From positions 39,620,001 to 39,684,000 of the forward strand of contig NC_087251.1 in assembly GCF_037042905.1 (NCBI RefSeq): a DNA stretch of 64,000 nt, read 5' to 3'. The position numbers and the translations under genes were made by a program. Below the pieces are notes generated by a model that did no database searches, was not told the DNA's origin, and saw nothing but the letters and a program-made list of their open reading frames with translations. The DNA comes from Lytechinus pictus. Lineage: Eukaryota. Below are positions 49,501 through 61,558 of the stretch, in pieces; the first letter of the stretch is position 1; each line of letters begins with the position of its first letter.

Positions 49501-52500
49501 ATAGTTGACACTAGCCATAATGATGACAGAAATTGATAAGATTCGGGTAAAAGTCATGTATTGTCATTTTAAAAGGATCAAAGTCTAACAGATTTTCAAG
49601 TATTTGCTCTCCAAATAGAGAAGTACGTTGCTTAAAAAGAGTCACTGCTAATAAAGCAAATGAAAAACTATAAAATTGGTATGTACTAAGAATTTAGCAT
49701 TTACATGTATACAGAGACAAGCCTAGTCCTCATATATATATTTTTTATTCAAAATGATAGGAAATGTATGTAGTGAGGAAGTTACTTTCTTCGCAACAAC
49801 AGTGAAGGAATGTTTTATGTGTTTTATACCACTGTAATTATATTTTGTACGATTTTCGTAATCATGGTTGTATCTGTACATGGTGTTGATAAAGCTGTAT
49901 TTACACATAGGCCTATAAGATGCATGAAAAAAAAAATTATGATCAAAATACATCTAAATAATAAATAAAATGGCTTTCTCCATCATTAAAGCATATGTGG
50001 AAAGAACAAAGCAAACACAAGAAAATATGGTTCAATGACATTTGCTCCAGTCTAAATTTTACGCACTAATCGAATGACCAACTTCACCCCTGGGTTTAAA
50101 ACTATGCCCTACCCTAACCCTAAACCTACCCCTACCTACATGTAACATGCCTATTGCAACCCTAACCCTACATCTTATACAAAATTAAGCCCGGAGCAAT
50201 TGTCGCAGGAGCAAATGTTGTGTCACCGAAAATATGATATACAAACTTTGAATTTCCAGTTGTCCTTGTGCATATAATTCAGAGTTACACCAGGGATGGT
50301 CCGGGCTGAAAATATTCATATCTATAAATAGAGTAAAATTCACAAAGCAAAATGCTGAAAATTTCATTAAAATCTGATAACAAAGAACAAAGTTATTGAA
50401 TTATAAAGTTTATCAATATTTTGTGAAACAGTAATATGCATATCATCATGAATATTCATTAGGAGGGCTGATGATGTCACATCCCCACTTTCCTTTTTCT
50501 TATGTTATTACATGAAATCATAAATGTTGCATTTTTTCATACAGTGTAGATGCTGTGTCTCCATTTTGACGAAATAAGTTGCGGCAATAAAATAACTAAC
50601 GCACTTATTCAGTTGTCAATCCAATTGGATTCCAATTGTTTTAGTTCTTGGTAGAAAATTTTTGAATAAACCTAATTTCATATAATAAAATACAAAAGAA
50701 CAAGTGGGGATATGACATCAGCTCACCTAATGAATATTAAAAAAGACATGCCTGGAACTGTTTCACCAGAATAATGCAAATCTTAAAAATTCAATAACTT
50801 TGTTATTTGTTATCCGATTTTGATCAAATTTTCAGCATTTTGCTTTGTGAATTTTACTCTATTTATTGAGATATAAATATCTCCAGCCTAAACCATCCCT
50901 TTAATAAATGACTGACTTTAGAGTTGAAATTTCAAAACATTTTTGAGTTTCCAGATGAAGTGATCTTGAATGTCATGGACTTGAACTACAGTAAATCCAC
51001 CTGCACACTTGAAGTTGATTAGGAATAGCCTATGCATGCATTGCTCTTTGTCAAATGTCACTTTGTTTACATGAGGACCAAGCTTTGTTATTTTTATTGT
51101 GTGGTTTTGTGTGTACCTTGGACTAGTCAATGGATGATGTAATGTGCGTAGGCCTACAAAACAATTGCATACTTTGATGTAGTAAGCATTTCAAAGGTTT
51201 GATTCATCTAACATGGTACATGTAATTCATATCCATGATTCAGTATTGGTAACACTGTAGGCTAACACCCACTGGTTCCTAGAAATATTCCACAGCAACA
51301 GTACAACTGTAATATTTGATTTCAGCTCATGCTGTATGATGTAATTGAACAATACTGACTTTGTTGGGCTGAAGACTTGGATAGATAAACCACTGTGCTG
51401 CATTTTTTTGGTATCATTTACCCTATTTTTCAATTTCAGATATTGCTGAAGATTTGTTGTTGCAATCATTTGCCATTTTTGTAGAAGCTTTTTTGTTGTT
51501 GTCCATTTTGTATCGTTCCATAGGATGTTCTGACACTTGTCGTTCGTGGACATATATATGAAGATGTAAAAATTGTACAAGTTGCAATAGGTGCCAATTC
51601 CTGTTAATGTTTTAAATGTTGCAAATGTCAGGTGCAAAGTTGACTCTACGATTGTACACATCATCATCATAATGCTCCCTTGGTACATACGATGTAACAC
51701 GCTCACTCAGTGTGTGTGTGGGCTTGAACCCAATGACAATTCAGTCTGGTGCTAGAACCTGGTTTGATTCAGTACATGTACATGTGCTTCACCTTCCTAT
51801 TATTTCTGAAAACACCCAGAAAACCTCCAAAGAGAATTCGACATTGAATTTCATATTTATGGATCATGACTTGTATTCCCCCGTTGCACTCCAGCGTCAC
51901 AGGAGAATGGCCATGAAAAAAAAGCCAGCGAGATCCACTGAGTGGGTGGGGAGCCCGTGAAAGGGGGCGGGCCTTGTCATGCAAATAATTGAAATTGCCT
52001 GACGAGTTCTGACCTCAGGAGCAAAGATGGAATTTGATGGAGTTCTGTGTTATTTCTCCATCATTGCGGTTGACTAATGGGAGGGATCTGTCTTGACTGG
52101 CTTCTCATTTCAGGAGGTTGTCTAAACTTGGCTTATGAATTCATAAGCTTCCCTGCTATCACTGCTGCTTTGTACCAGACAGATTGGAGGGTATTGAGGT
52201 CTAGTCTTTGATGGATTTCCTACCGATCAGTTTGTGGCTGTTGATTAATTTGTTTCCTGATGAGATCAGTATTTGTAAATAATGGAAGTTCTTTTACCGC
52301 AGAAGGGTGATTTCCATGATATTTGTACGTACAATCCTAGTTTTGGAAGAGAAATACATATGTAATTTTCAGAATATTGCAGTGTCCACACATGTACACA
52401 AAGTTTGGAATTATTTTTTTGTTAGTTGTTAAAGACATTGGTTTGTATTTTGGACTAAGATGGAGTTAGAATAAAGAGTCCACAGACTCAATTCAAAGAT

Positions 52501-52758
52501 GTGTTCATATTTTGGAGGGATTCATTAATCCTGTTGTAATGTTGGAAGTATTTTGTAGAGTATAAATGTAGCTATTTTACAGTAAAAGTATATCCTGTCT
52601 TCAGAAATTGTTATTTTCATGACTTGAATTTAAAGATATTGTTGATATGGACCTTGGACAAAACTAATTTTGATTGCTATTTTTTTTTTCATTATTCAGG
52701 GAGGAAATCAAAGAAGAAAACAACCCTCAGAGATGGGAGCTCATCTGAAGATTTGAAG
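28506..52758 (+). CDS. ASPP (TP53BP2/PPP1R13B): ASPP-family (apoptosis-stimulating protein of p53) gene, 5' part; join 28506-28532, 34896-35043, 37264-37377, 52700-52758; continues beyond the window
   Basis: Exons 2-3 encode the ASPP N-terminal ubiquitin-like/Ras-association domain; phases 0,1,1,0 are consistent. Coiled-coil, ankyrin and SH3 exons were not found in the window. Confidence 0.88.
31694..31974. mobile_element. Kolobok-like MITE
   Basis: TTAA|AGGAAAATGACACCTTT ... AAAGGTTTCATTCCCCT|TTAA. Confidence 0.75.
33469..33849. mobile_element. PIF/Harbinger-like MITE
   Basis: Perfect TIR TACCCCTTTCATAAACC; TAA TSD; internal ATGCGGATAAT repeats. Confidence 0.85.
34896..35043 (+). CDS. ASPP (TP53BP2/PPP1R13B): ASPP exon 2 ([49 protein letters not shown])
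   Basis: Strong similarity to the ASPP1/2 N-terminus (VYLS..VPITPET.CRDVV..C.E.GE..CHLAE.W.G); pyrimidine tract plus tag acceptor, G|gtaagt donor; 148 nt. Confidence 0.95.
36396..37176. mobile_element. piggyBac-like MITE
   Basis: TTAA|CCCTAA ... TTAGGG|TTAA with subterminal G/C runs. Confidence 0.8.
37264..37377 (+). CDS. ASPP (TP53BP2/PPP1R13B): ASPP exon 3 ([38 protein letters not shown])
   Basis: Conserved ERP...[14 protein letters not shown]; tttag acceptor, G|gtatga donor; 114 nt. Confidence 0.95.
37780..38358. mobile_element. Kolobok-like long-TIR MITE
   Basis: TTAA|AGGGATGGTCCGGGCTGAAA ... TTCAGCTCGGACTATCCCT|TTAA; ~190-bp inverted arms. Confidence 0.9.
38994..39310 (-). mobile_element. 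tRNA-derived SINE, near full length
   Basis: Minus strand: A box TGGTCTAGTGG, B box GGTTCAAATCC, core ACTCAACCCAGGTGAGGTAAATGGGTAC, (TAT)n tail; ~21-bp head duplicated in tandem. Confidence 0.85.
40553..43607. mobile_element. Probable ~3-kb non-autonomous DNA transposon marked by 11 direct copies of a 15-bp motif
   Basis: GTAAYGTSAGTWACC-like motif at 40569, 40755, 40933, 41671, 41838, 41858, 42984, 43192, 43207, 43401, 43579; weak terminal inverted similarity. Confidence 0.6.
44215..44586. repeat. Polypurine (GA/G-rich) low-complexity tract
   Basis: Nearly all G/A on the plus strand with long G runs. Confidence 0.9.
45001..45568. mobile_element. MITE with 8-bp TSD (superfamily unclear)
   Basis: TIR CACTTCCATTGAYGAGTGGATACCATGCGTGACC inside G/C-run termini; TSD ACATTTCA. 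Confidence 0.85.
47715..49214. mobile_element. DNA-transposon MITE hosting a nested HINE-like element
   Basis: Perfect 23-bp TIR AATTCGTCGGCTTCCCGCAAGAA; TSD unclear. Confidence 0.8.
48168..49133 (+). mobile_element. Helentron-associated (HINE/DINE/pearl-type) element with ~5 internal tandem repeats of 163-191 bp
   Basis: T-rich insertion site, 5' GTCTCAC..GTGAGAC hairpin, (GGC/GAC) microsatellite, tandem array, subterminal inverted TGCAG..GAGAC, CTTGTT end. Confidence 0.75.
50029..50227. mobile_element. Merlin-like MITE with internal CCCTAA-like repeats
   Basis: GG...CC termini, inverted ACATTTGCTCC, exact 8-bp TSD GAAAATAT. Confidence 0.85.
50292..50900. mobile_element. Kolobok-like long-TIR MITE, same family as 37780-38358
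   Basis: AGGGATGGTCCGGGCTGAAA start, CCATCCCT|TTAA end, collinear internal similarity. Confidence 0.88.
52700..52758 (+). CDS. ASPP (TP53BP2/PPP1R13B): ASPP probable exon 4 ([20 protein letters not shown])
   Basis: Poly-T tract plus ttcag acceptor, AAG|gtaaga donor, 59 nt, phase 1->0, open in frame with exon 3; poorly conserved linker. Confidence 0.7.
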
Positions 52759-52795
52759 GTAAGAAACTGTTATGGACTATTGGAGTATGCATATC

Positions 52796-53170
52796 CAGCG
52801 GGCGACACTGGCACTGGTCCGACGGTCCCAGACCAGTAAAAATTGCTGTCGGGTCAGTAGTTTTTCAGAAATAGCCAGATTTACTGGTCTGACATGACCA
52901 GTAGAAAATATTTCAAACTGATAAAAATTATATTTTCTCTTTTGTAACTTCTAATAATGGCTCTCAAAAATTTTGAAATGGCTCTCATGAATTATGTTGT
53001 GGGGGGGGGGGGCATTAAAAGCAATTAAAGTCAGCCAAATAATCTCAAGTCTCTTTTTATATTTTTCTTTATTTTTGCATGGGACCAGTAAATTTTAGGT
53101 TTGGACCAGTAAAATTGAAAATTGGGCATCTACTGGTCCGACATGAACAGGTTGGACCAGTAGAAAAAAA
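52796..53170. mobile_element. hAT-like MITE remnant with GGACCAGTA repeats
   Basis: CAGCGGGCGAC start, repeated GACCAGTA/TACTGGTC, GCATATC on both flanks; right TIR missing. Confidence 0.6.
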
Positions 53171-54224
53171 GGCATATCCCAAAACATGGACCCTAAGTGC
53201 CCAAAATATGTGATGTTGTAAATTAGTTAACTAAGCAAAAAGGGAAGTTAGGGAATTAACTTGTCATTGCTCACTTGAAGTAATGACAGTGTACATAATT
53301 TATGATGTGACTCATTTTCAATGAATTCCAGAAATCATTTATAGTTTTGAAAATCTACTGCCAGCATTCTAAAGTTAAAATAGATCATGAATAATGTCAA
53401 AATACAATGTTATGCTGATGTTTGAAAACAAACCAACTTTGCAGTTTGCAAAGCTTGAGTTTGATTATCAATACATACTAGGACACAGGGGAACTCTATT
53501 TTCAACTTGGGAATGAACACCGAGAGCATCCGGAAGAAATGACTCTCAAATCGCCCACAGCTCCAATTTTGTAATGGTTGTATAAACTCTCTTGAGTCAA
53601 TACCAGTAGCTCGACATATAAGTTGACATTTAAGTTATCTATCATGTCAATTTCATGCATGTTGTATCACTTTGTAGTTGTTTTGTTATTAATGAATGAG
53701 ACAAAGTTTCAGTGCTTTGGAGTCGGTGTCAAGTTTGTATTGCAGTTTGATGCTCCATCTAGATTACTAGACCTTCTTTGCACATTTCTTGGGCCTTAAC
53801 AAATTTATTCACACACAGGCCAGCTTCAGACCAGCTTGAGGTTGCTTCAAGTCAGCTTGCTATGACCTTGTCCTTATGCTATGACCTTGTCCTTATTTGA
53901 TGTAAACAATTTCTCATTTTTGGCATGCATCATTTCCACTATTATGGTGGTTTGGACCCTCTTTTTTTTTTTTTTTTACACTAGTTTGCAGATACAAACA
54001 GTCATTGTGTATGGTACTTTTCAGTTGAGTCACCCCTCCTAAAGTCTGCACAATAAATTTTGATATATATATTTTTCTACTGTAGAACTTAATTGAATAA
54101 ACATTTATTTCCTTCCATTCACACAAATTTGATAAGCATCTCTTATGTTTATTGTTGGAAGTTGTTATCACATCTTATCCCCATGTACATGTATTCTCCA
54201 GAGTAACAAATCTGAAGTTTCTTT

Positions 54225-54678
54225 AGGTGGTTTCAGACCGCCTCAAAGTTCGTCAGTTCCAGGTATACCAGGTATTTTGGTAATGTGAAAGCAAACTACG
54301 CGTAATTTCCCCGAAAGAAAATACCCGCTAAATAGTAGGTACTTGGCGAAATTACGAGAACTTTCGCGGGGATTTTTCCAAGGTCGCAGGTATATTGGCG
54401 ATGTGAAAGCAAATTACGGGAACTTTTAGCCCAGCGTGTCGTTGGGTGCGGCGCCGTGGGTGGCTGCTTGGCTAGTGATTTTGAATCTCGCGCCTTGCTT
54501 GCTTATCAGACCATACTGCGCATGCTCGTAACTTCAGGAACTACTTCAGGAACTTATCCCGAAGGGTATGTTTCAGGGCGGTGTGAATGCAGGAATAATT
54601 AATGGGTATTTTTCAGCGTAAAAAAAGTTCTCGTAATTTAACGGGGATTCTTGTGATCGAGGCGGTTTGAAACCACCT
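54225..54678. mobile_element. Harbinger-like MITE (truncated second copy at ~35078-35200)
   Basis: TIR AGGTGGTTTCARACCGCCTC; TTT flanks. Confidence 0.85.
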
Positions 54679-55718
54679 TTTGAGTACCGTACACAATCAT
54701 ATTCTGTCACACATTGATCTTTTAGCATCCTGCATGTTTCTACTTTTCTAGTAATTAATCTGTCACATGAGCTGGGCTGTGGATTGTGTTTCCAATTACT
54801 GTCACATTCTTCAGAATTACAAGTGGGAAGAATGTGACTGATACGAACGTTTCACATCGTAGTATCAGTTTCTTTGCCTACCTTTACTGTTAAATGTGAT
54901 GGAGATAATCCAAAGGAGCTTCATTTCTCAGCTTCTGGGTAGGAATACGGAGAATTTGGCATTTTAAGTTGATATAAGAAGGAAATAAATATCCGTAAAT
55001 CTGGTATCTAAGCAAAAGCCTACATCCTTTATAACCTGTTCATCGACATATTAATTCATCAAAATCTGCTAGCTTCTTAATATCCTCAATTGAAATGCCC
55101 CAAAACTAGCCTCTGGACATGAGCGTGAAAACTCTGCATCGTAAATGGGCCTATTCGTGTGACGTCACATCAGGGTATTATAGAATAATGATGTCCCCGG
55201 CTGTGCACAGAAAACAATGCAAGAGCTATGGAGAAACTTAATGTGTTTTTAAAAAGGTTGAAAGTTATATAACCCGAAACCTATGTATGATTGTTCATAT
55301 CATGTTTGTAGTACACACTGTGAGTAACATTTTGCCGAAAAATGTGTGCTTACGATGGGTTTATATATGATGTTTTACCAAGTATTTTTTCTTTCTTTCT
55401 TGCTGACTGGCTAGATTGCCTGTGTTTGCTGTAGATCCGGTCGTTGTTATTTTTTCGCGGTAGCACACGTGGCTGTGTGCTGGCATCCACATGCTCAGTT
55501 TGCACATGTATACAGTACAGGCGCATTGTTCACGTGGAGATTAGATAATGTTCCGAGGATTTGAACATTTCTTCAATTACGTAATCGTAATTGTAATTGA
55601 AGAGAGTAATTGAGCCCAACCCCGCTTTAAGCCACACCATCTTGTACTTTGAAAAGTGAATGAAAATTTATTTTGACAGCATGAGTCAAAGATTTTATCT
55701 ACAAAAATATTGCTTGTA

Positions 55719-56331
55719 CAGTCAGTCCGCAGGCCGTCCGAAAGTGCTCTATTTTATTCAGCGGTATGCATAGCCGTCCGTGGTTATGCATACGTAATGA
55801 GCTGTGAAGACGAACTTTCCGATCGGTGTTTTTTGCTCTTAGAATCGTTTATTCCTCACATAATTGGTCTTATTTTATAGATAAAACTTTGAAATTTCTG
55901 ATCAGCTAAATAAAATGCACATTTAATGTATTTTGAAGACCGATATTTAGCTTAGAAAAAATGATTTTTTTCAAGAAATATATGTGAATAAACAGAGCGC
56001 ATTTTTGCATCGAAATCACACTTGCGTCAAATTGATATTATAATCAATATAAAGCGTAGACATTCTTCTTTACGAATGAAAAAGAATTATGAAATTTCAT
56101 GATGTAGCAAAGTCAGGAACCACAAAAAACCACGGCAATGTCCATCGCGAAATGATTGGAATTATAGTAGAATTGCCGACGCGTTCTGATTGGTCAACAG
56201 CGGCGCACAGACTTACAACATTATATATAGCTTAAAAAACCTAGGAGGTTTACGGAAGAGATCGATGGCGAATTGCGTGAGCGCTATGTTTTGACGTGTG
56301 CAAGGACCCAAGTTCGAAACCGCCGGTCTGT

Positions 56332-56363
<32 letters not shown>

Positions 56364-59181
56364 GGGGGGGGGGGGGGGTTGATGGGGATATGTTTATGCT
56401 TTTTCTTTAAATCATATTCCTTCATCGTTCCTACCCAGCTTTATTATCTTTTTACTTTCATATGAAGTTCTATTTAGGCCTGTATTTATTAAATCATGGA
56501 GCTATTAATAGCTCTATGATTAATTCTTACTTCTTCTTAATCACTGCTTTTGATTTTCAAGTTCTTGATTACACTCATTTGGGCAGGGGTGGGAAGGGAA
56601 GTGAGTTAAAGGTCAAGTGCACATCAACAAAAAAGTATTTGAATAAATACAGAAATTTCCCTGTTTTAACACAAAACAGTTATATACACAAAACAATGGT
56701 ATGCAAATAGAGTTGATTATGTCACTCACATCAAATCACTTTTTAAATTTTTGTTGCATTTTTATTATATAAATTTTAGCAAATTTGATGTAAAAAATCT
56801 TTCTCGAATCACAATAGGTTACATTTATGGAAACTACGAATGTTAATGGAGGAATTAAAATCCCTCTCAAAATTTGTTAATGAAAATTAAAATAAAATAT
56901 ACATGTCATGTACATGTATTAAACAAAAAAATACACAAGAAATTAGAATGCGTGTGACATAATCGGTTCTGTAATTTGCACATTGACCAAGATGAGCATA
57001 TAATTGTTTTATAAAATTAGGCAAATTTCTCAATGTCAAAATAGTAATTTTTTGAATTTTGAATCATAGTTTTTATGAAATTCTCTGCAATACTTTATTT
57101 TTCTTTAAATTCAAATTAATTTTTTGGTGGGGTGGACTTCTCCTTTACTCTTTGCTTGGAATAGGGAATGCACATTAATATTTATCCACGAACAAAATTG
57201 TCTAAACATATGCAAATCAGTAATTGGACACATGCTCACTTTCCTTTCATCCAGGCCACTCCCTCACATCCACCAGGTTTACAGTCTTATAACAAAAATT
57301 ATGAATTAATTATAATACCATCACACCATAGCTCCATGATCACACAACGTTCATACAGTGCTTCACAACAAATATTTCACTTCTGTTCATATATGCAATA
57401 ATTACTGTGGAAAACAAAAACAAGGCGTAACCACATTCAAATACCGTTTAAAAGGACAAATATATTATACCTTTCGAAAAAAAAAAAAGTGAACATACAT
57501 GGCACTTAACCTTCAGCACATTAGATAACATATAACAGAGTTGCTTAAGAACAAAATATAATTATGGGGCATTGCAAGAAACTTATGTTCAATTGCAAAT
57601 CAACTACATGTTTGTGTTTAATCTAGTACTAGTTTAATCAAAGGACTTACCCTTAATTTTGGAATGTGTGATTGAGTAGAAAGTTTCTTGCAATGCATTA
57701 AAAATGTTCTTTGGTTTTGAATTGTGAATTTTTATTTTTGTCAAGCTGTATTCCTGTCCAAGTCAGTATTCTTAGTCCTCCCCAAAACTGTGCTCTAATT
57801 TTTTTGTTTCCAATAGCGATAAAGATCAATTTTCTGTTGTATCATTATCAGTCCAAAATTTGCAAACGAAAAAAGGGCTTTGTCCAAATCATGGTTTGAC
57901 CTAGACCAAAAGCTTCGGTCTCTGTTATGTTGGTTGTTACGAGGAGAAATTAAAAAATAAAAAAATGTTGAAAAACTCCTCGAAACAGACGGCTGCCAGC
58001 TGTCTAGGTTTGACCATTATAGTTCATGATGGAATCTCCCAGAATGAAGTAGCAAGCAGAGACCAGAGTCAGCAAGTATGTAGATCTGTGTGTAGAAGAG
58101 AAGAAAAAGAGAGAAATAGTCTAAATTATTCAAAGTATGAATTATGTTACATGCAAGTCAATTAAGAGACTAACTAAGTACTGTCTGTGACAGCCACAAT
58201 TTTTTTATTTGAACAAAATGGTTTATAAATACTACTGAGTACGGTAGTACCAGACTTTTTACTTTGACTTTAAACTGTTTATAGTCTCTAGAGTAGACTG
58301 TCTGAGCTAATCATCATTTAATTCTTAACCGCAGCCTGGGGCAAAAATCATCATGGGGCTCAACTTCGACTAATTAAGAAAAAAGGTTAACAATTTTCAA
58401 CATAAATCAAGAAATATCTCAGTTTATAAAAACTTGATGGAATTCGGAAACCTGATAATCATTTGAATAAAACTTTAGAAGGGATCTACTTATTAAGCTT
58501 CGTTTATATTAAGTCTTAATTAAAAAAAAAACAAGTCCACCGTCCACAGTCACAAATATAATGCGAGCCATCTGCCATCATTACAGAAGTTTCAACGTAT
58601 GGGACCAAAGGCGAAATTCTACCAACCCGCGACGGACGTAATTTTGGCATTATTTCGCGCCATCGTGGAGTGAACGAGAAGGTTACTTCCGGGTAAAACG
58701 TAAATTTCTTGATTTTTAGGGTATCATTTTCTCTAAAATAAAAATATAAGGTGAGTTTGCGTCAAGTTGGTTCTGACATATTTTGAACAGCGACTTTTCT
58801 TCTTTCTAAAAAACCCTGATCGAAACAATTTGGTTATGTAGCAAAGTCAGGAACCAAAAGTGAAATTCCGACTACAAAATCGCAGTTAAAATATTACTAA
58901 AATAAGCATCAATTAAAGAGGTAAAAATGGTAGGTTGAAAATGTCGAAATATGGACAATTATATACCAAAATGTAGATGAAGGTCTTGAGAATAACTTAC
59001 CACAATTCGTTTCGACGTAAACTGAAGTTGGCGACCAGTACAGAGCTATAACTTCAGCCCCTCCAATTCAGTGGGAAAATCAAGCCAAATTGATCGCACG
59101 TTTTCCTTCGGAGACCGCTAGAGGGCCGCTGAATAAATCTCCGTGAATATGCTCATTATCGCGCGAGCTGCGGTCTGACTG
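55719..59181. mobile_element. Possible composite Academ-like element related to 2402-3485
   Basis: Termini CAGTCAGTCCGCAG / CTGCGGTCTGACTG; TGTA on both flanks; could instead be two separate truncated elements. Confidence 0.5.
56610..57144. mobile_element. Degenerate Kolobok-like MITE, family of 27254-27856
   Basis: TTAA|AGGTCAAGTGCAC ... GGGGTGGACTTCTCCT. Confidence 0.75.
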
Positions 59182-59496
59182 TGTAGGAGTCTGTGTTGTG
59201 TAAACTCTCTTCCCAATCAGATGATGGATCTATGATGATGCCCCCTCTAATCTGTTTCATTCCAGCTATGCGTCTGGAAGGGAAGTTCATCAGTTGCCAT
59301 AATAAACTTGAATGACATTCCATCGTGATGATTAGTGACCCTGGGCTAATTTGGAATGCCTGATGCTCTGTGATATTAAAAATAAACATACGGTGGGATG
59401 ACATCATATTGGCCTAGATTTCATCAATGTCCCGTACATGTAGACGCATTTTCCCCAAGAAGACTTTATATTGCTCCCAGAATCTTAACTATATTA

Positions 59497-59935
59497 ACAA
59501 GAGTGTCGCAAGGACGAGCACATAATATGCCCGCCTGTTATATTGGTCAAGCAAGAAAAGTGAAAGGTGGCGACTTGACCTCTGACCTTTTGACCTAAAA
59601 ATCAATAGGCTTCCTGGGATCCATGCTAGTATTATACAAACCAAATTATATTAGCCTAGGTTAAGTTAAACTAAAGTTATTGCGTGTACAAGGACTTTAG
59701 AAGGGGTTTTAGATGAAAACACATCACTGTGACCTTGACCTTTGACCTTTCAACTTTAAAGTCAATAGGCTTTCTGGGATCCATGCTTGTATCAAACACA
59801 CCAAATATTTGAGCCTAGCTTAATTTTAACTGAAGTTATCGCATTTACAAGGAAAAGTTAATGGACGGACAGACAGACGGACGGACACCAAGCGTGATAC
59901 CATAATACGTCCCGTTTAGGACGGGCGTATAAAAA
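59497..59935 (-). mobile_element. HINE-like element, copy 1
   Basis: Reverse-complement homolog of 61077-61558; GGAC/AGAC microsatellite, terminal hairpins, T-rich ends. Confidence 0.75.
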
Positions 59936-61076
59936 TCTTGTGCTCTTACACATGGAGAGGTGCTCCAAGTTTATGAATAAAAAATTTGAACAATTTTTTA
60001 ATGATCATAATGGCTAACTTGGTATTCCTGATGCTCTTGAGATATTAAAAGTAAACATTGTTGGATGATGTCATATTGACCAATATTGTTGATTAACCCC
60101 CCGCCCCCCTTCCCAGAGTAGTAAAATATTGCACCAGCCAAGATATTATTTGAATAAAAAAATTGTACTCTTGTATATAGGATAGGGCCAACAAGTTTAT
60201 GAATCGAAAATTTGAACAAACAAAAACCAATTTTCTTTTTTAATAGGAATTCATAATAATGGCTAAATCTGAATGTTTGATGCTGTGTGATATCAAAAGT
60301 AAACATACAGTTGGATGATGTCATATCGGCATTGGTTCACCCTTTCCTCCCACTTTGACAATATTTTGCTTTTTAGGATTTGTACTAAGGAGAATATGTA
60401 TGTATACATGTTGGCCCTACAAGTTTATTCATATAAAAAATAAACAAACTTTTTGTTTTTATTCATAAAAATGATAGAAGAAACAAAAATGAAAGAGAGA
60501 GAGAGAGAGAAAGGCACCCTTTAGAGCACAACCTCTATCTTTTTTTTTGATGGTGAGTGTGACTGAGTACCCCGATCTGAAGGCACAACTATCGACTCCA
60601 CCTCCAATCTATATACAATGCTGATATAATTATAATGGTGTCAGTGAATTATTACAGTGTCAATGAATTATTGACTCATATTCACATACTGGCATGTAAA
60701 AACACAGATCAAATTAGTCATGGCTTGTTGTACACAGCAACTAAAACCAAAGGTGAGCGCTTGCTCTCAACACTCTGGGCCAGGGATAAACTGCATCACA
60801 GTATTATCGGAAAGGCATTATTATTCAGCTTGGGCAGTTGTGCGTTGAATAAAATACAAGGGATCAGTACCTTATTTCCATGAATATATTTACTTTTATG
60901 AGCTTATTCAATGAGTAAAGCTTGTGCAGTGTGTCATACCTGCTGTATTTAAGCAGGAAGTGCTAATGCATTTATTTGGTAGGATTTATATACTGGGATT
61001 ATGAGTGGCAACACTGAGTGAGTTTAGCAATTTATAGGAAATGAATACATAGGCCTTGATTTGTATTGCATTTTAC

Positions 61077-61558
61077 TTTTTATAAGCCCGTCCTAGACAG
61101 GACGTATTATGGTATCACGCTTGGTGTCCGTCCGTCGCTCTGTCCGGGGCACAGTGACATGTTTTCATCTTACCCTTCTGCAGTCCTTGTAAACGCGATA
61201 ACTTCAGTGTAACTTAACCTAGGCTTATATAATTTGGTGTGTATGATACTAGCATGGATCCCAGGAAGCCTATTGATTTTGAGGTCAAAAGGTCAAAGGT
61301 CAAATTCACACTTACTGACATGTTTTCATCTTACCCTTCTGTAGTCCTTTTAAACGCGATAACTTCAGTTTAGCTTAACCTAGGCTCATATAATTTGGCG
61401 TGTATGATACTAGCATAGATCCCAGCAATTCTATTGATTTTGAGGTCAGAGGGTCAAAGGTGAAGTAGCCAGCTTCCACATTTCTTGCTTGACCAATAAC
61501 TCCTTTTTACGCGTTACACGCGGGCGTATTATGTGCTCGCCTTAGCGACACTCATGTT
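61077..61558 (+). mobile_element. HINE-like element, copy 2
   Basis: 5' hairpin CGTCC..GGACG, GTCC microsatellite, two ~160-bp internal repeats, subterminal GGGCGTATTA, end CATGTT. Confidence 0.75.

Noticed and set aside
60635..60752. ORF ending at AAG|GTGAGC as ASPP exon 5
   Set aside because: No similarity to the expected LTL.EL..MA.RQQ coiled-coil exon, and no clear phase-0 acceptor
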